This document shows, one piece after another, positions 28,182 to 41,736 of a stretch of DNA of 64,000 nt. Numbering within the stretch: position 1 is the first letter of the stretch; the number at the start of each line of letters is the position of its first letter. The position numbers and the translations under genes are program-made. Source of the stretch: Eledone cirrhosa (Eukaryota); the NCBI GenBank assembly GCA_964016885.1, contig OZ024743.1, forward strand, positions 7,936,001 to 8,000,000, in the 5' to 3' direction. Below the pieces are notes generated by a model that was not told the DNA's origin, made no database searches, and saw only the letters and a list, made by a program, of their open reading frames with translations.

Positions 28182-28363
28182 GGTGGATTGGCAGTATCGG
28201 TAGAGGGTCGGACGCCATGCTTTGACGCATAGAGTTACGGCCCTTGCCATTCTGAGTTCAAATCCCGCCGAGGTTAACTTTGCCTTTCATCCTTACGGGG
28301 TCGATAAAATAAAGTACCAGTAATACACTGTTTAATTGCTGGCCTTGTGCCAAAAGTAGAAAC
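28182..28363 (+). mobile_element. tRNA-derived SINE (main family) with 17-bp TSD
   Basis: AATTATTATTATTAAGC at 28165-28181 and 28364-28380. Confidence 0.95.
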
Positions 28364-28615
28364 AATTATTATTATTAAGCATATATTTTTATGCTGCCTA
28401 TTATAATTATGTACGGTTGCTGACATGTTTTCTCAATAACCATTTTACGTTTATCCAGCTACTACTTTATATTGCTTCTCACTTTCTGTGTCAGTGTTCG
28501 CAACTTGCGGCATTGATGTTTAGAGGTTTTCAATTAAACCAAAAATTCATAAACACATACTTGTACACATACATAAATGCATGTAAACACACACACACAC
28601 ACACGCACACACACG

Positions 28616-28656
<41 letters not shown>

Positions 28657-28657
28657 C

Positions 28658-28930
28658 TTCTTGTTTTCGTTGGTCACTTATTCCTGAGAGGTTCAAGGGG
28701 ACAGAGTCGTCAAACACTCCCTCCAGCGGGTCCTGTCAGAAGCAACCGTCTCCAACTGATCCGGCTGGATCCCCAAGCGTGATCAGCCGAGCTCATGGAT
28801 GTTATCCAACCATATTTCTCGGGGTCTACCCCTGGGTCTCCTACCTGTTGGTTTCGCTCGTAAAATCTGTCAAGCGATTCTTTCCTGAGACATTCTAACC
28901 ACTTCGAGTATGTCACCTACATCAGAAGCA
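28658..28930 (-). mobile_element. RTE-clade LINE 3' fragment
   Basis: KPTGRRPRGRP..WLDNI..SRLGIQPDQLETVASDR; matches 31440-31633. Confidence 0.8.
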
Positions 28931-28936
28931 GCTGTT

Positions 28937-29101
28937 GGTGGATTGGCAGTATCGGTAGACGGTCGGACGCCATTTTTTGCAGCATAGAGTTACGTCCCTT
29001 TACGGTCTGAATTCAAATCCGGCCGAAGTTAACTTTGCCTTTCATCCTTAGGGGGGCGATAAAATAAAGCACCAGTAATGCACTGGGATAATTGCTGGCC
29101 T
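28937..29101 (+). mobile_element. tRNA-derived SINE (main family)
   Basis: Head and core match the family. Confidence 0.88.
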
Positions 29102-29159
29102 GGGATAGTCTTGAAAATAAAAATAACAAATTTTTCAGCGATGTGGAAGGCATATTCCC

Positions 29160-29632
29160 ACATAATATGAAGGAGTACTTGTAGAATGTTGCTGTCAAAA
29201 CACTACTAAAATGTAGACATATGGATAAGGATCAAGGAAGAGAAAGAACATGCACAGTAGTTTGAAATAGGCTGCCAGGTTGATATGGTGTTAAAGACTA
29301 TGAGAAACAAACAGACATTACACCCTGAATATACGTCTAGAGTTGTTCTTATGATCATTGGAACACTTGGATATGCTAAAGCTCTCGTCACAACTCTTGA
29401 GAAGCTGGTCTTCACAGAACCAGAAAGTGTACGGCTAATTAGAAAATTAAAAATACAGCGTATTAATGAAACTGTAATGATTTATAAAACATTCTAGACA
29501 TTCAACATGTAATAAATGAATATACACACATAGATATAGAAACAATATGTACATAGGCACATATAACTAATAAAAATACAGATCTACGCATTTAATGACA
29601 CCTCACACATATATAGAAAACCACACACGATT
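29160..29632 (+). mobile_element. Decayed RLE LINE 3' fragment (family C-like)
   Basis: LHPEYTSRVVLMIIGTLGY..LEKLVFTEPESVRLIRKLKIQ..YKTF; ends at (CTA)n. Confidence 0.75.
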
Positions 29633-29633
29633 G

Positions 29634-29723
<90 letters not shown>

Positions 29724-29850
29724 CTTCTTCTTCTTCTTCTTCTTCTTCTTCTTCTTCTTCTTCTTCTTCTTCTTCTTCTTCTTCTTCTTCTTCTTCTTCT
29801 TCTTCTTCTTCTTCTATGTATGTATGTATGTATGTATGTATGTATGTATG
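29634..29850. repeat. (CTA)n(CTT)n(TATG)n compound microsatellite
   Basis: Direct. Confidence 0.97.
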
Positions 29851-30683
29851 TTCTTCTGGTTTTATAATTTCACAAAGTTTTCCCAATAGAGAGAGAGTCG
29901 GTTTCTAAAATAGACACAAGACTCTCTCATTGGAATTTACACAACATCAACTAGGTAGATATGTATGTATGCATGCATGTGTAGATATGGATGTTATTAT
30001 ATGTGTGGATGTGGATGTTGTGAGTTGTATGTGTGCATGTGTATATGCTTTGTATCTTTACATGTGTATATGCAGTTATTAGATGCACAATTTTTGGAAT
30101 GTCTTACATATTTTTACTGTTCCATTAATGGATTGTACTTGTAATTTCCTAACTAGTTGTGTTCTTTCTGTTCCTGTGAAGCCTAGCTTCTCAAGATTTG
30201 TATTGAGGCAGTTACTAACATATCCCAGTGCCTCAATAATCACAGGCATAAATCTGAAAGTGTAATCAGGGTGGAGTATCTGCAGATTTCTCATCAGTTC
30301 TGCATACACATTCTCCTTTTCGCTAATCTTTGATATTATATTGGCATCTGCTGGGCAGCTAATTTCCAATACTGTGCATGCTTTCTTCTCCCTGTCCCAT
30401 ATCATAATATCTGGTCTGTTATGCCTGCATTTTATTGGGGTTTTTACTGGAACATTCCACCATTACTCTTTCATATTATGTACATGGATGTCTTCCACAT
30501 TGTTGTAGCTTTTAATGTGTTTATTATCGGGGCTATCTTTTTTACGAACTGCATTGTACAGTGTTTTGGCCACAACATCATGCCTCATAGGTAGATAGTA
30601 CCGCGATGACATCTTTGGACAGCTGCTGATGACATGGGTGATATCCTCGATGTTAGTTCTGCAGAATCTGCACTTGTTATCAC
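29851..30683 (-). mobile_element. RLE LINE 3' fragment (family C) flanked by (TATG)n
   Basis: CRFCRTNIEDITHVISSC zinc motif, RHD, NRPDIMIWD..LEISCP, IIEALGY. Confidence 0.9.
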
Positions 30684-30748
30684 ATGTATGTATGTATGTA
30701 TGTATGTATGTATGTATGTATGTATGTATGTATGTATGTATGTATGTA

Positions 30749-30817
<69 letters not shown>

Positions 30818-31439
30818 GCGTATGCGTGTGTGTGTGTGTGTGTGCATGTATGCCTGTGTGTGTGTGTCATTTGTTTCTACTAAATATTATACTGTATATT
30901 TTACTCTGTTAACTGAAATCTGTATTATCATTTTATCCACCACTCTTACTCATCAGTATCAATGTCGTCTACAACCTCCTCATATTTCCCGATTGTTTAA
31001 CCTCTGCCATATCTTATTGGCATATATGAACCCATTATACCACAACTACTAATATCATTCCCCCAGCCTATATTGGCTAGACACAACTCTCACAAAAATT
31101 TACTTGACCTTTGCATGTCTCCTAACTCCTGTTTTTGAATCTTTGGTTCATGTATTGTAATTATATCATTGAGGAGTTATTTTCATCGTTTAAAGACCAC
31201 TAAACATTGTTAACTTTAGTGTATATTTATCATTTATTTCTTGATGTTAAAATGTTCGTCGCACTCTCTGCGACATGGTCACTGTGACAGTTCCACTGCA
31301 ACTACAGTAGAGCTGTCAGTGACAAGGTCTCAGATAGTGCGACAAGAGTCATCAAGAAATAAATGATAACTATAACTGACACTCCAAAGGGTACTACGAC
31401 TAATGTTCCAGATATTACGATCAATGGCCATATTAAGGT

Positions 31440-31633
31440 GCAAGTGGCTGGGAAATTGAAGAGAGGCCCGTTGGGAGCAGAGTCCTGAAACACTCCTTCC
31501 AGAGGGTCCTGTCAGAAGCAATCGTCTCCAACTGATCCGGCTGGATCCCCAAGCGTGACCAGCCAAGCTGAAGGATGTTATCCAACCATCTTGTTCGGGG
31601 TCTACCCCTGGGTCTCCTACCTGTTGGTTTCAC
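31440..31633 (-). mobile_element. RTE-clade LINE 3' fragment
   Basis: KPTGRRPRGRPRTRWLDNILQLGWSRLGIQPDQLETIASDRTLWKECF. Confidence 0.8.
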
Positions 31634-31662
31634 CCTATTATTTATTTATCTAGGCCAGCGTA

Positions 31663-31881
31663 TGGGCAGTATCGGTAGAGCGTCGGACGCCATGCTTTGC
31701 GGCCTAGAGTTACCGGCCTTTACGTTCTGTGTTCACCCCCGCCGAGGTTAACTTTGCCTTTCATCCTTATGGGGTCGATAAAATAAAGTACTAGTCATGC
31801 ACTCGATTAAATCGATTAAATCGACCCCCACCTCACCCAAAAACAATTGCTGGCCTTGTGCCTATATAAGAAACCATTATT
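31663..31881 (+). mobile_element. tRNA-derived SINE (main family)
   Basis: Family match, ends AGAAACCATTATT. Confidence 0.88.
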
Positions 31882-32699
31882 TATTTATCTATTTTATAAT
31901 ACATTTTTATATATTAGGTTTTTATCTTTTATCTTCATATTATATTTCTCATTTCTATATTTTATCCATTTTCAAATCTTTCACGCCTGCAAACACCTCA
32001 TCCCCCTTTCATCCCCAAATCTGGCTCTCTCCAGACACCAATACCTCTCTCTTTATTAATGACACTTTATTAATGACACTCTCTCGCCGCCCTCGAAGGC
32101 ATTACTCTCTACCTCACTTCTCTTGACCTCTAGCGTCCCTCCATTCTGCTATCCTCACCTTCTCTTCCTCATTTCTATCCACCTTCCCCCATACTTTATT
32201 TATTATCCCTGTTTTCGTAACCAATATATATATAGACCGATTCAACAATATCTCATTACTTATCTGATGAAGCTTAGCGAACAGCCGCTTTGCTGAAAAA
32301 TCGTAGCTATGTTGTAAGAAAATTAATAAGTCAATATTTATTTGCAAAATCTAATAGCGTTTATGCCTCAGTACCATAGTAGATATGGGACGCAGATTAG
32401 GAAAATGATCCTGAAATATATGTATACGGTGTTCTTCTACGGTTACGCAGCTGTGATGTGATCATATATATGTCTATTATTAAATATATATCTAGCCTTG
32501 TGCTTAAAGTAGAAACAATTATTAGATATATTGTGTATGTTTCCATATACACCTCTATTCTGAATCACGGTATTTTAGTGCTATTACAATATATAATAGA
32601 TGGTTAACATTCTTTATTAGATTAAACGCTTAAACTGAATATTTTAATGCACGTAAAATATGACAGAATGGTTCGATTTACGCAGGTGGTTCTGCCACA

Positions 32700-32866
32700 T
32701 TATTATGTTTTGTGGCATATAGTTACGTCCCTTTACGAGATTACATTTGCATTTTATCCTTACGTGGTCGATAAAATAAAGTACCAGTAATACACTGAGG
32801 TCGATTTAATCGACTTTCCCCTCCCCCAAATTGCTGGCCTTGTGCCTATATTAGAAATCATTATTA
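32700..32866 (+). mobile_element. tRNA-derived SINE, partial
   Basis: Core and 3' end AGAAATCATTATT. Confidence 0.8.
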
Positions 32867-34164
32867 TCATTATCATCATCATCATATACTAGCGAAGAGA
32901 GAGAAAGAGAGGGGGGTAGTGGGGGAGGGCAGAGAAAAGATTTAGAGTGAATGAGGATGTTTTCCATAGATAAGCTCATACGTCTCGGTCTATATGTATT
33001 GGAATTTTTGAGGTTTTCAATTATCTCTTCCTCATCAGTAAAATTTGTCCATAGAAACTAACCTCTATATTATCACCTATAATTATTATTTGTTGATTGT
33101 TGCTCCAGATATTAAACAAAAAATACTTAGTTGAAGTAGCTATGGAATTTAGAACAGGGTAATTTTCCTGTCAGTTAGTGCTTTCAACTACTTATCAGAT
33201 TGCAGCTAATTCAACTTTTCTTTGGAAGAGCAGTTTCAGGACGTCTGTTTTCCTTTTCTTAACCTATTACTGTCATTCAAAAGAGAAAAAAAAGGAACTT
33301 TTATGTTATCATTCATTTTTATCAAATCAGTTCAGGTTATGAAGTCACAAATGTTCCATATTTTCCAGGATTGACCTGAAGCAAGAGGTGTGAATATTGT
33401 AACAGATATATAATTTAGAAATAGAAACTGAGTTTCAAATTTACAAAAAATGTTTAAATGGATACGTAACTCTACTTATCTTAGGTAAATATTGTTAAAG
33501 GATGCATTGCAACTCTTGAAACTACTTAGGAACAATTTCTATCCATAGTCAATAATTTCATCACTTAGATGAAACTTCTGATTAGAAAAAAAGAATGATT
33601 TCCGTCAACTTATCAATTGATTTCAAAGCATGTGATGTATTAGTTAGTCTTCTTAACAAAACCAATAAGTAATGTCCTCAATTGTCCTCAGCATTCTGTA
33701 GTTTTCTAAACTGAAAATCTATAACTTATCTGAAAATAGTTCCTGGAAATCTGGAAACTATTGAAGACCAGTGAATTTTATTATTTTTTAGCAGAACAAT
33801 GCCCCGCGTTTCATTTTAGAAGGTACGATGTAGGAGATTATGATGGCCCTTATTAAATGATAATACTTTATTCTATCGACTAATTTCTTAACGTAACAAG
33901 TCTTTCTGTTCACCACATAGAAAAATAAAGTTTTTAAAAGTAACATTATTAAATAAGCGACTAAACGGGCTTAGTATATTGGAGAATGTAAAAAGTATTT
34001 AAATTCATCTAGATGAACTCTTTAGACCAAAAGAAATAAAATTGGAAATTATTACTACAAGCTGAGGAATATATACATTTGAAACCTTTATTTGATTTAA
34101 AGTAATCATCTGTGAATGGTACGTAACTGGTCGATAATCAATAAAGACATTAATGTGAAAGTTC

Positions 34165-34219
<55 letters not shown>

Positions 34220-34315
34220 TAAAATAACAGATTAAAGTTTAGGCAAATAAATATATATATATATATATATATATACGATATTAATAAATGGAAACTATAT
34301 TTATAAAACCATATT

Positions 34316-34380
34316 TATTTCATTATACATATTTCAGGGATACCATATTAAATTATGGTATGCCTTCATCAGACAAAATA
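34316..34380 (-). ncRNA. Minimal type I hammerhead ribozyme (Penelope-type)
   Basis: Minus strand UAUUUUGU-CUGAUGA-AGGcAUACCAUA..UAUGGUAUcCCU-GAAA-U AUGU A-UA-AUGAAAUA; 8-bp stem I with two GU pairs. Confidence 0.7.
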
Positions 34381-35229
34381 CAATATATAACAGTTTTACA
34401 AATAGCTTTGACGTACCCGTTTAAAATACAACTATTACTTTCGGAGGCTGTCTGGATAGTGAATTGTTTATATTGTTTTAATAAGTCATAGTGTTAAGCA
34501 CAATTAGAAAAAGACGGAGATAAAGAAAAAGAAAAAAGAAAAAAGACGGAGAGAGAGAAAAGAACAAAGACGGAGAGAGAGAAAGAAAGAAAGAAAACCT
34601 GGAGAAATATCGGAGAGAGAAATGTATGGAGAAAAGAAAGAGATAAATAAAGATAGGAGGAAATAAAAAATAAAAAAGAAAAAAGAAAGAAAAGGAAGAA
34701 ATAAGAAAAACAAAGGAAAGCAACAGAGAGATATCAAGTCATCATACAGAGAGAAAAACTCAAGAGAGAGAAATACTATATATAGAGAGGGGGGGGGGGG
34801 GCAATGAAAACTTTACGTCATGTCATATTAAGTTGAGTTAACAATTTATATGAAATGAATAATAAAAATATAAGTATCAATATTCATGAATGGGACATAG
34901 ATATATATAATATGAGAAATTAAACATTGATCAATAATGACTATATGTTTAGTTTAGAAACTTGAGATCAATATATCAAAATCTGAGTTCAAAATGTACC
35001 CTTGCTATAGAGATCAGTATTTTATGCAAAGACATACAAATATATATGTATATATATATATATATATATATAGATACGGACGTACTGAAAATAGAAATTA
35101 TGTTTACTCAAGCCAACAATATAGCCATACAAAACGTAAATGATTTCTCTTAATCACTGCTATACATTCTTTGTGTTATAACAATTTCACAGTATTTATA
35201 TACAAATATATACGATTAACATTCATGTC

Positions 35230-35320
<91 letters not shown>

Positions 35321-35378
35321 TTATTTATACACACACACACATACACACACACACACATATATATATATGTATATGTAC

Positions 35379-35413
<35 letters not shown>

Positions 35414-35459
35414 TATGTATGTATATATATACATATACATACACATATATATATATACA

Positions 35460-36230
35460 AATTAAGCAACCTAACGGTTTACCAACAGCTTAATAACGGT
35501 TAATACAAACCCTATAAAAGATAATTTGTAGATAATATACCTACAATAACAACATGGCCAGTAATTCGGTGGAATCTACATTTAACAAACAAACACCCAT
35601 TGACTATAAACGACTCAAAATAATCCCAAGGTTAATAGCTGTGAGTTACAAACAACATATACACATACATACGAACTACAACACATAAACACTTGAATGA
35701 AAATCACCTATCCAACTCTATCACGTGCTTTGCATTACACCTCACATAACAAATACCTACACTATCACCACATGCCTCTCTAACAAATTGCACGCCATCT
35801 TAAACATTTCTAACAATTATAACATGCCACACAACACCCCACACAACACCCCACACAAAATATGTTTATTTCAACTGCATTATAACTCTTTCCTCATACA
35901 TGCCTTATTGACTGTATTGACTCCTGAATTGTACACCACTTTTCCTTGCTTGTAACTTTTTTGCCTGTACTTTTCACTTATACCTCTTACACTTTCAACC
36001 AGTGCTGCCTGTAATTGTGTTCTCTCACGCATAACATCTTTTTAACTCCTGACTTTCCACATGATGCCTTTGACACTAATAACAATTATGTACCCTAAAT
36101 GTTCTGAATGACTAGGATTTTAGTCACATGTTTGGACATTCCCTATCCTCCGAAGATCCCAGACTTCCCGCTGGAAGAAAAAATTGTCAGCAAATAAATG
36201 TTCTAAACTAAAATTTGATCGTTTTAACAC
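35460..36230 (+). mobile_element. Probable Penelope-like 3' end/pLTR relic between (TA)n tracts
   Basis: Decayed hammerhead at 36147-36190 followed by AATAAA. Confidence 0.4.
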
Positions 36231-36355
36231 TTTGTATCTCGGCTCTGTAAAACACTGAAAATTTGCATTGAGCTTTTGTCATACCTGTAACCGGCTAGTA
36301 CTTAGTACTACCCTACATATTTATAGTTGTATTAAACATATATAAATATAAATAT

Positions 36356-36421
<66 letters not shown>

Positions 36422-36827
36422 CAACGTTGAAATCAAGCCAGATATAAACCTTACGCCTCTAGCTGACCTTAGATACCTTCCATACTCTTCAAGGGATAGC
36501 TAGAAATCGCATGTTCTTTCAACAACGTCTTCAAATCCCGTTAAACCTACCATCAATCCGCACTAACCACTGTTATGAGGGAGACAGGCGTTATCACACT
36601 GTAGCTGCCATATGACGTAGTTTCTGTATTATAAAAATCATTATCATCTGCAGCGACTACGACTCTATTTCTTCGCGCCTTCTGAACTCTAATGTCCCCA
36701 TCCCATAAAAAAGAGAAAGAACCATTGAGATTAACCATAAGCCCAAAGTCCGAATAATCTAACGATGTGATACTGCATGTCCAGCTGAAATATGACTAAA
36801 AAGGGACCACACATACAAACACATTAT

Positions 36828-36922
36828 AGTTGACTTTGCTTTTCATCCTTACGGGGTCGATAAAATAAAGTACCAGTAATGTACTGGGTAATTGCTGGCC
36901 TTGTGCTTAAAGTAGAAACAAT

Positions 36923-36924
<2 letters not shown>
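36828..36924 (+). mobile_element. SINE 3' half
   Basis: Core and 3' end match the family. Confidence 0.85.
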
Positions 36925-36937
<13 letters not shown>

Positions 36938-36992
<55 letters not shown>

Positions 36993-37217
36993 TGTGTGTG
37001 TGTGTGTGAATGAGTGTGAGTGAGTGTGCGAGTGTGTATGTGTGTGTGTGTGTGTGAGTGTGCGAGTGTGTATGTGGGGGTGTTTGTGTGTGTCTGTGTG
37101 TGTGTGAATGAGTGTGAGTGAGTGTGCGAGTGTGTATGTGGGGGTGTTTGTGTGTGTATGTGTGTGTGTGTGTGAGTGTGTATGTGTGTGTGTGTATGTG
37201 TGTGTGTGTGTGTGAGT

Positions 37218-37297
<80 letters not shown>

Positions 37298-37310
37298 ATG
37301 TGGGGGTGTT

Positions 37311-37343
<33 letters not shown>

Positions 37344-37347
37344 ATGT

Positions 37348-37384
<37 letters not shown>

Positions 37385-37405
37385 TGTGTGTGTGTGAGTG
37401 TGTGT

Positions 37406-37450
<45 letters not shown>

Positions 37451-37453
37451 AGT

Positions 37454-37504
<51 letters not shown>

Positions 37505-37542
37505 TGTGTGTGTGTGAGTGTGCGAGTGTGTGTGTGTGTGCG

Positions 37543-37595
<53 letters not shown>

Positions 37596-37616
37596 ATGTG
37601 AGGGTGTTTGTGGGGG

Positions 37617-37657
<41 letters not shown>

Positions 37658-37841
37658 ATGTGGGGGTGTGTGTGTGGGGGGGGGGTGTTTGTGTGAGTGT
37701 ATGTGTGTGTGTGTGTGCGAGTGTGTATGTGTGTGAGTGAGTGTGCGAGTGTGTATGTGTGTGTGTGTGTGTGAGTGTGCGAGTGTGTATGTGTGTGTGT
37801 GTGTGTGAGTGTGCGAGTGTGTATGTGTGTGTGTGTGTATG
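36938..37841. repeat. Complex (GT)n-derived repeat with recurring GCGAGTGTGTATGTG units
   Basis: Direct. Confidence 0.95.
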
Positions 37842-38819
37842 TTTACAGCTTTATACACCAATAATTGTTACCCTCACTTGTCCGATGAGGCTGAACATAT
37901 AATATATACGTTGTTGTGGGTGTCCGTTTTCCAGTTTCTCTGTCCAAGGCCGACCGACGCCACGTAGGTAAGTGACATTTATAGAGAGATTTCAAATATA
38001 GATATGAATATCATATGTAATAAATTAAACATCCTTAACTAATTATCAATTGAAAGGATTGCATATGGAAAGAAAGGATTTTAGTTGTTTTCTTTTATCT
38101 CTGTACTATTCCTTCTTTGCAAGCTAAGCCTCTTTATGTAAAAGCAACGGCGTCTTTCATCGGTAGATTAAGATGTTTGGTGAAAGGAAAATATATATAT
38201 CTTTCATCGGTAGATTAAGATGTTTGGTGAAAGGAAAATGGTAGTAAAACAACTGATATTTAGTTGCCTGGCGTATTTACAAAGTTATGGTTTTGTTATA
38301 GTGTTTAAGAAAAGATTATTTCGAAGATGATATATAAATACATTAGCTTTGCCTGTTACAGTGTGTTAAGTGAGGCTGTTAAAAGTATATGATGTCAACG
38401 GTTTAGAAGCGTCGAAAAGTTGACTATCTTGCTAAACATCGCGAAGAAAAATGGCGTCGAAATAATAAATTTATTGTAAACGTTGGTGCAGTTGAGAAAA
38501 ATATTAAAACAACTGCTTTATAAAGACAAAATAACTTTAAATATCAAAATTATTTATTTATACTGAAAAAACAAAAACAGAATGAGCTATTAATGACGTT
38601 TTGGTAGTTTGTCACTCAATTAGATCTAGGTTAAAGATATAAGAGAAACAAGCCTGTTTCTTCAACGATGATTTAGGTAGGGAAAGTAAGAACAGATTTC
38701 ATAATTTTAAGTATAAAAGATCCAGAATGTCTGAAAACAACAGCAAAGGAATATACATTTAATTACGTAATATATTAATGATTTATTTCATCTTATGGGT
38801 ATATACCCTGATATATACA

Positions 38820-39011
38820 AGTGAATTGGTAGAATCGTTAGAGTGTCGGACAAATGCTTTGTTATGAGTTCAAATTCCGCCGAGGTTAGCTTTGCCTTTC
38901 ATGATTACGGGGGTCGATAAAATAAAGTACCAGTAATGTCCTGGAGTCGATTTAATCGACTTTCCCCTCCCCCAAAATTTCTAATCTTTTGCCTAAATCA
39001 GAAACCATTAT
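38820..39011 (+). mobile_element. tRNA-derived SINE, diverged
   Basis: Head, B-box GAGTTCAAATTCC, core, 3' end. Confidence 0.85.
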
Positions 39012-39060
39012 ATTTACAATGTTTATGTACATATACATACATACATATATATATATATAT

Positions 39061-39813
<753 letters not shown>

Positions 39814-41041
39814 GATGTAGTGTGCACACATATATATATATATATATATATATGCACACTACATCAATTATACATATCTGCGTCTCTAAGTGAATATATC
39901 TATTTTGATGTGGAATTCATGACTATTCGTTAATGTTATTGACTATTTTAAAACTACTTCATTTATAGTTTACTCTCTTCGTTTACTTTTTATTTAGTTT
40001 TTCACTATTTAATAATTATGTTCTTTTTCTTTATAAGTTTATTCTATAACGCTGTATTAACGTGGCGTTACATATTCAATTCTTCTATTTCATTTCATAT
40101 CTTTCAAAGATAATTTAATCTTACTTATTTCAATGTTGAAACATTTTTTGCATAGTATGTGGGAAGGATAGATCACCAGTATAAATATATGTAATATAAT
40201 GTATTGGCATTCATATGCATTTCCATTTTAAATCTTGTTCTGATAATCAACGCTTTTCACCGTCCCCGAATTAGAAGACAGAAAATAGATATGATTACCA
40301 TAACGTGGTTAACTCCATCAACAATACCTCTCGACTACAAGAGTGGGCTTTGTACATCGTTAACAGAAATTAATATCAAGTTATTGTTCTAATATGAAGA
40401 CTTATAAGTAATCAATCGTCACAGTTTAAGAATGTTTTTTTTTCTTAATCACTATTTCCGGTTACAGCAGAGTATGAAATGTTATGATCATATTTCCTCT
40501 ATTTATCTCTATTCATTACCATCATTCTGCTCTTGACTGTCATTGAGGCTATTTTATTATCTGGTCTCACTATTTACTACTAGAGACTTCTCGAGTTCTC
40601 CTTCTATGTAAGATAGTGTCCAAAAATAAAGATCACAAGCTGAGCGTTTAACGTGGCCAAACAAATTTGCTTTTAATTTATGTTTAAGATTAGCTGATAT
40701 TGTGTCATTTCTCGTAGTAATTTCAAAATACTTCAATTTTTGAAGTTGTTTCTGGAGACTAAGTATTACAATCTTATCCATACAAAAATTTAATTGGTAT
40801 TTGATCCAGTTTCAAAGGGTGTTCTTTGTTATTTAAAAAAGCAGAGGCTTGGTCAATAGCAGTAGACGTCGAGGTTACGTAAATACAGCTTTGACCCTTG
40901 ATTGTAACAGTTTCATTAAATAATTCTTTGAAATATTTACAAGCATAATGCAATCGCTTTCCCACACACTTAGATCCGAACTAAATATGTAAGTAGTCAA
41001 TATTTTACTGTTCAAAGAAATGAATTTTAGTATGCAGTTGA

Positions 41042-41076
<35 letters not shown>

Positions 41077-41083
41077 CTCTCTT

Positions 41084-41172
<89 letters not shown>

Positions 41173-41254
41173 TTGTGTATAATGGTAGCTATGGTGCTTC
41201 CATAGGCGGTATGCCAAAATTAGCACTCAATATCCATACAGAGTAGAGTGTGAA

Positions 41255-41490
41255 TAGTATAAAAAAAACGAAAAATCAGTGATGCATCTGGACTCAGTTT
41301 ATTGCGTGTTACAATTGTTTCGCCGGCAGGTTACTCGAGACATGATCACTGTATAGATCTGGCTGATACTACGGCTGCAGGATTCCTCGGACACGGGTAG
41401 TTCGTTCGAAGCAAATTTTCTCACAGTGAGAAAATCACGCAATAAACTGAGTCCAGATGCATCACTGATTTTTCGTTTTTTTTATACTAT
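41255..41490 (-). mobile_element. Short element with ~54-bp inverted ends and a decayed hammerhead
   Basis: 41255-41308 is the reverse complement of 41436-41490; minus strand CGUGU-CCGAGGA...GAAAC AAUU GUA-ACACG. Confidence 0.65.
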
Positions 41491-41670
41491 ATATATATAT
41501 ATATGTATGTATGTATATATGTATGTATGTATATATATGTATATATATATATGTATGTTTGTATGTATGTATATGCGTGTATATATGTGTGTGTACACAT
41601 ATATATATACATGCATACGCATATATGTACATATATTATTTACTTATATATATATATATATATACATACA

Positions 41671-41736
<66 letters not shown>

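Noticed and set aside
32975-33045. Minus-strand CUGAUGA hammerhead candidate
   Set aside because: GAAA replaced by GAGA and no stem I pairing
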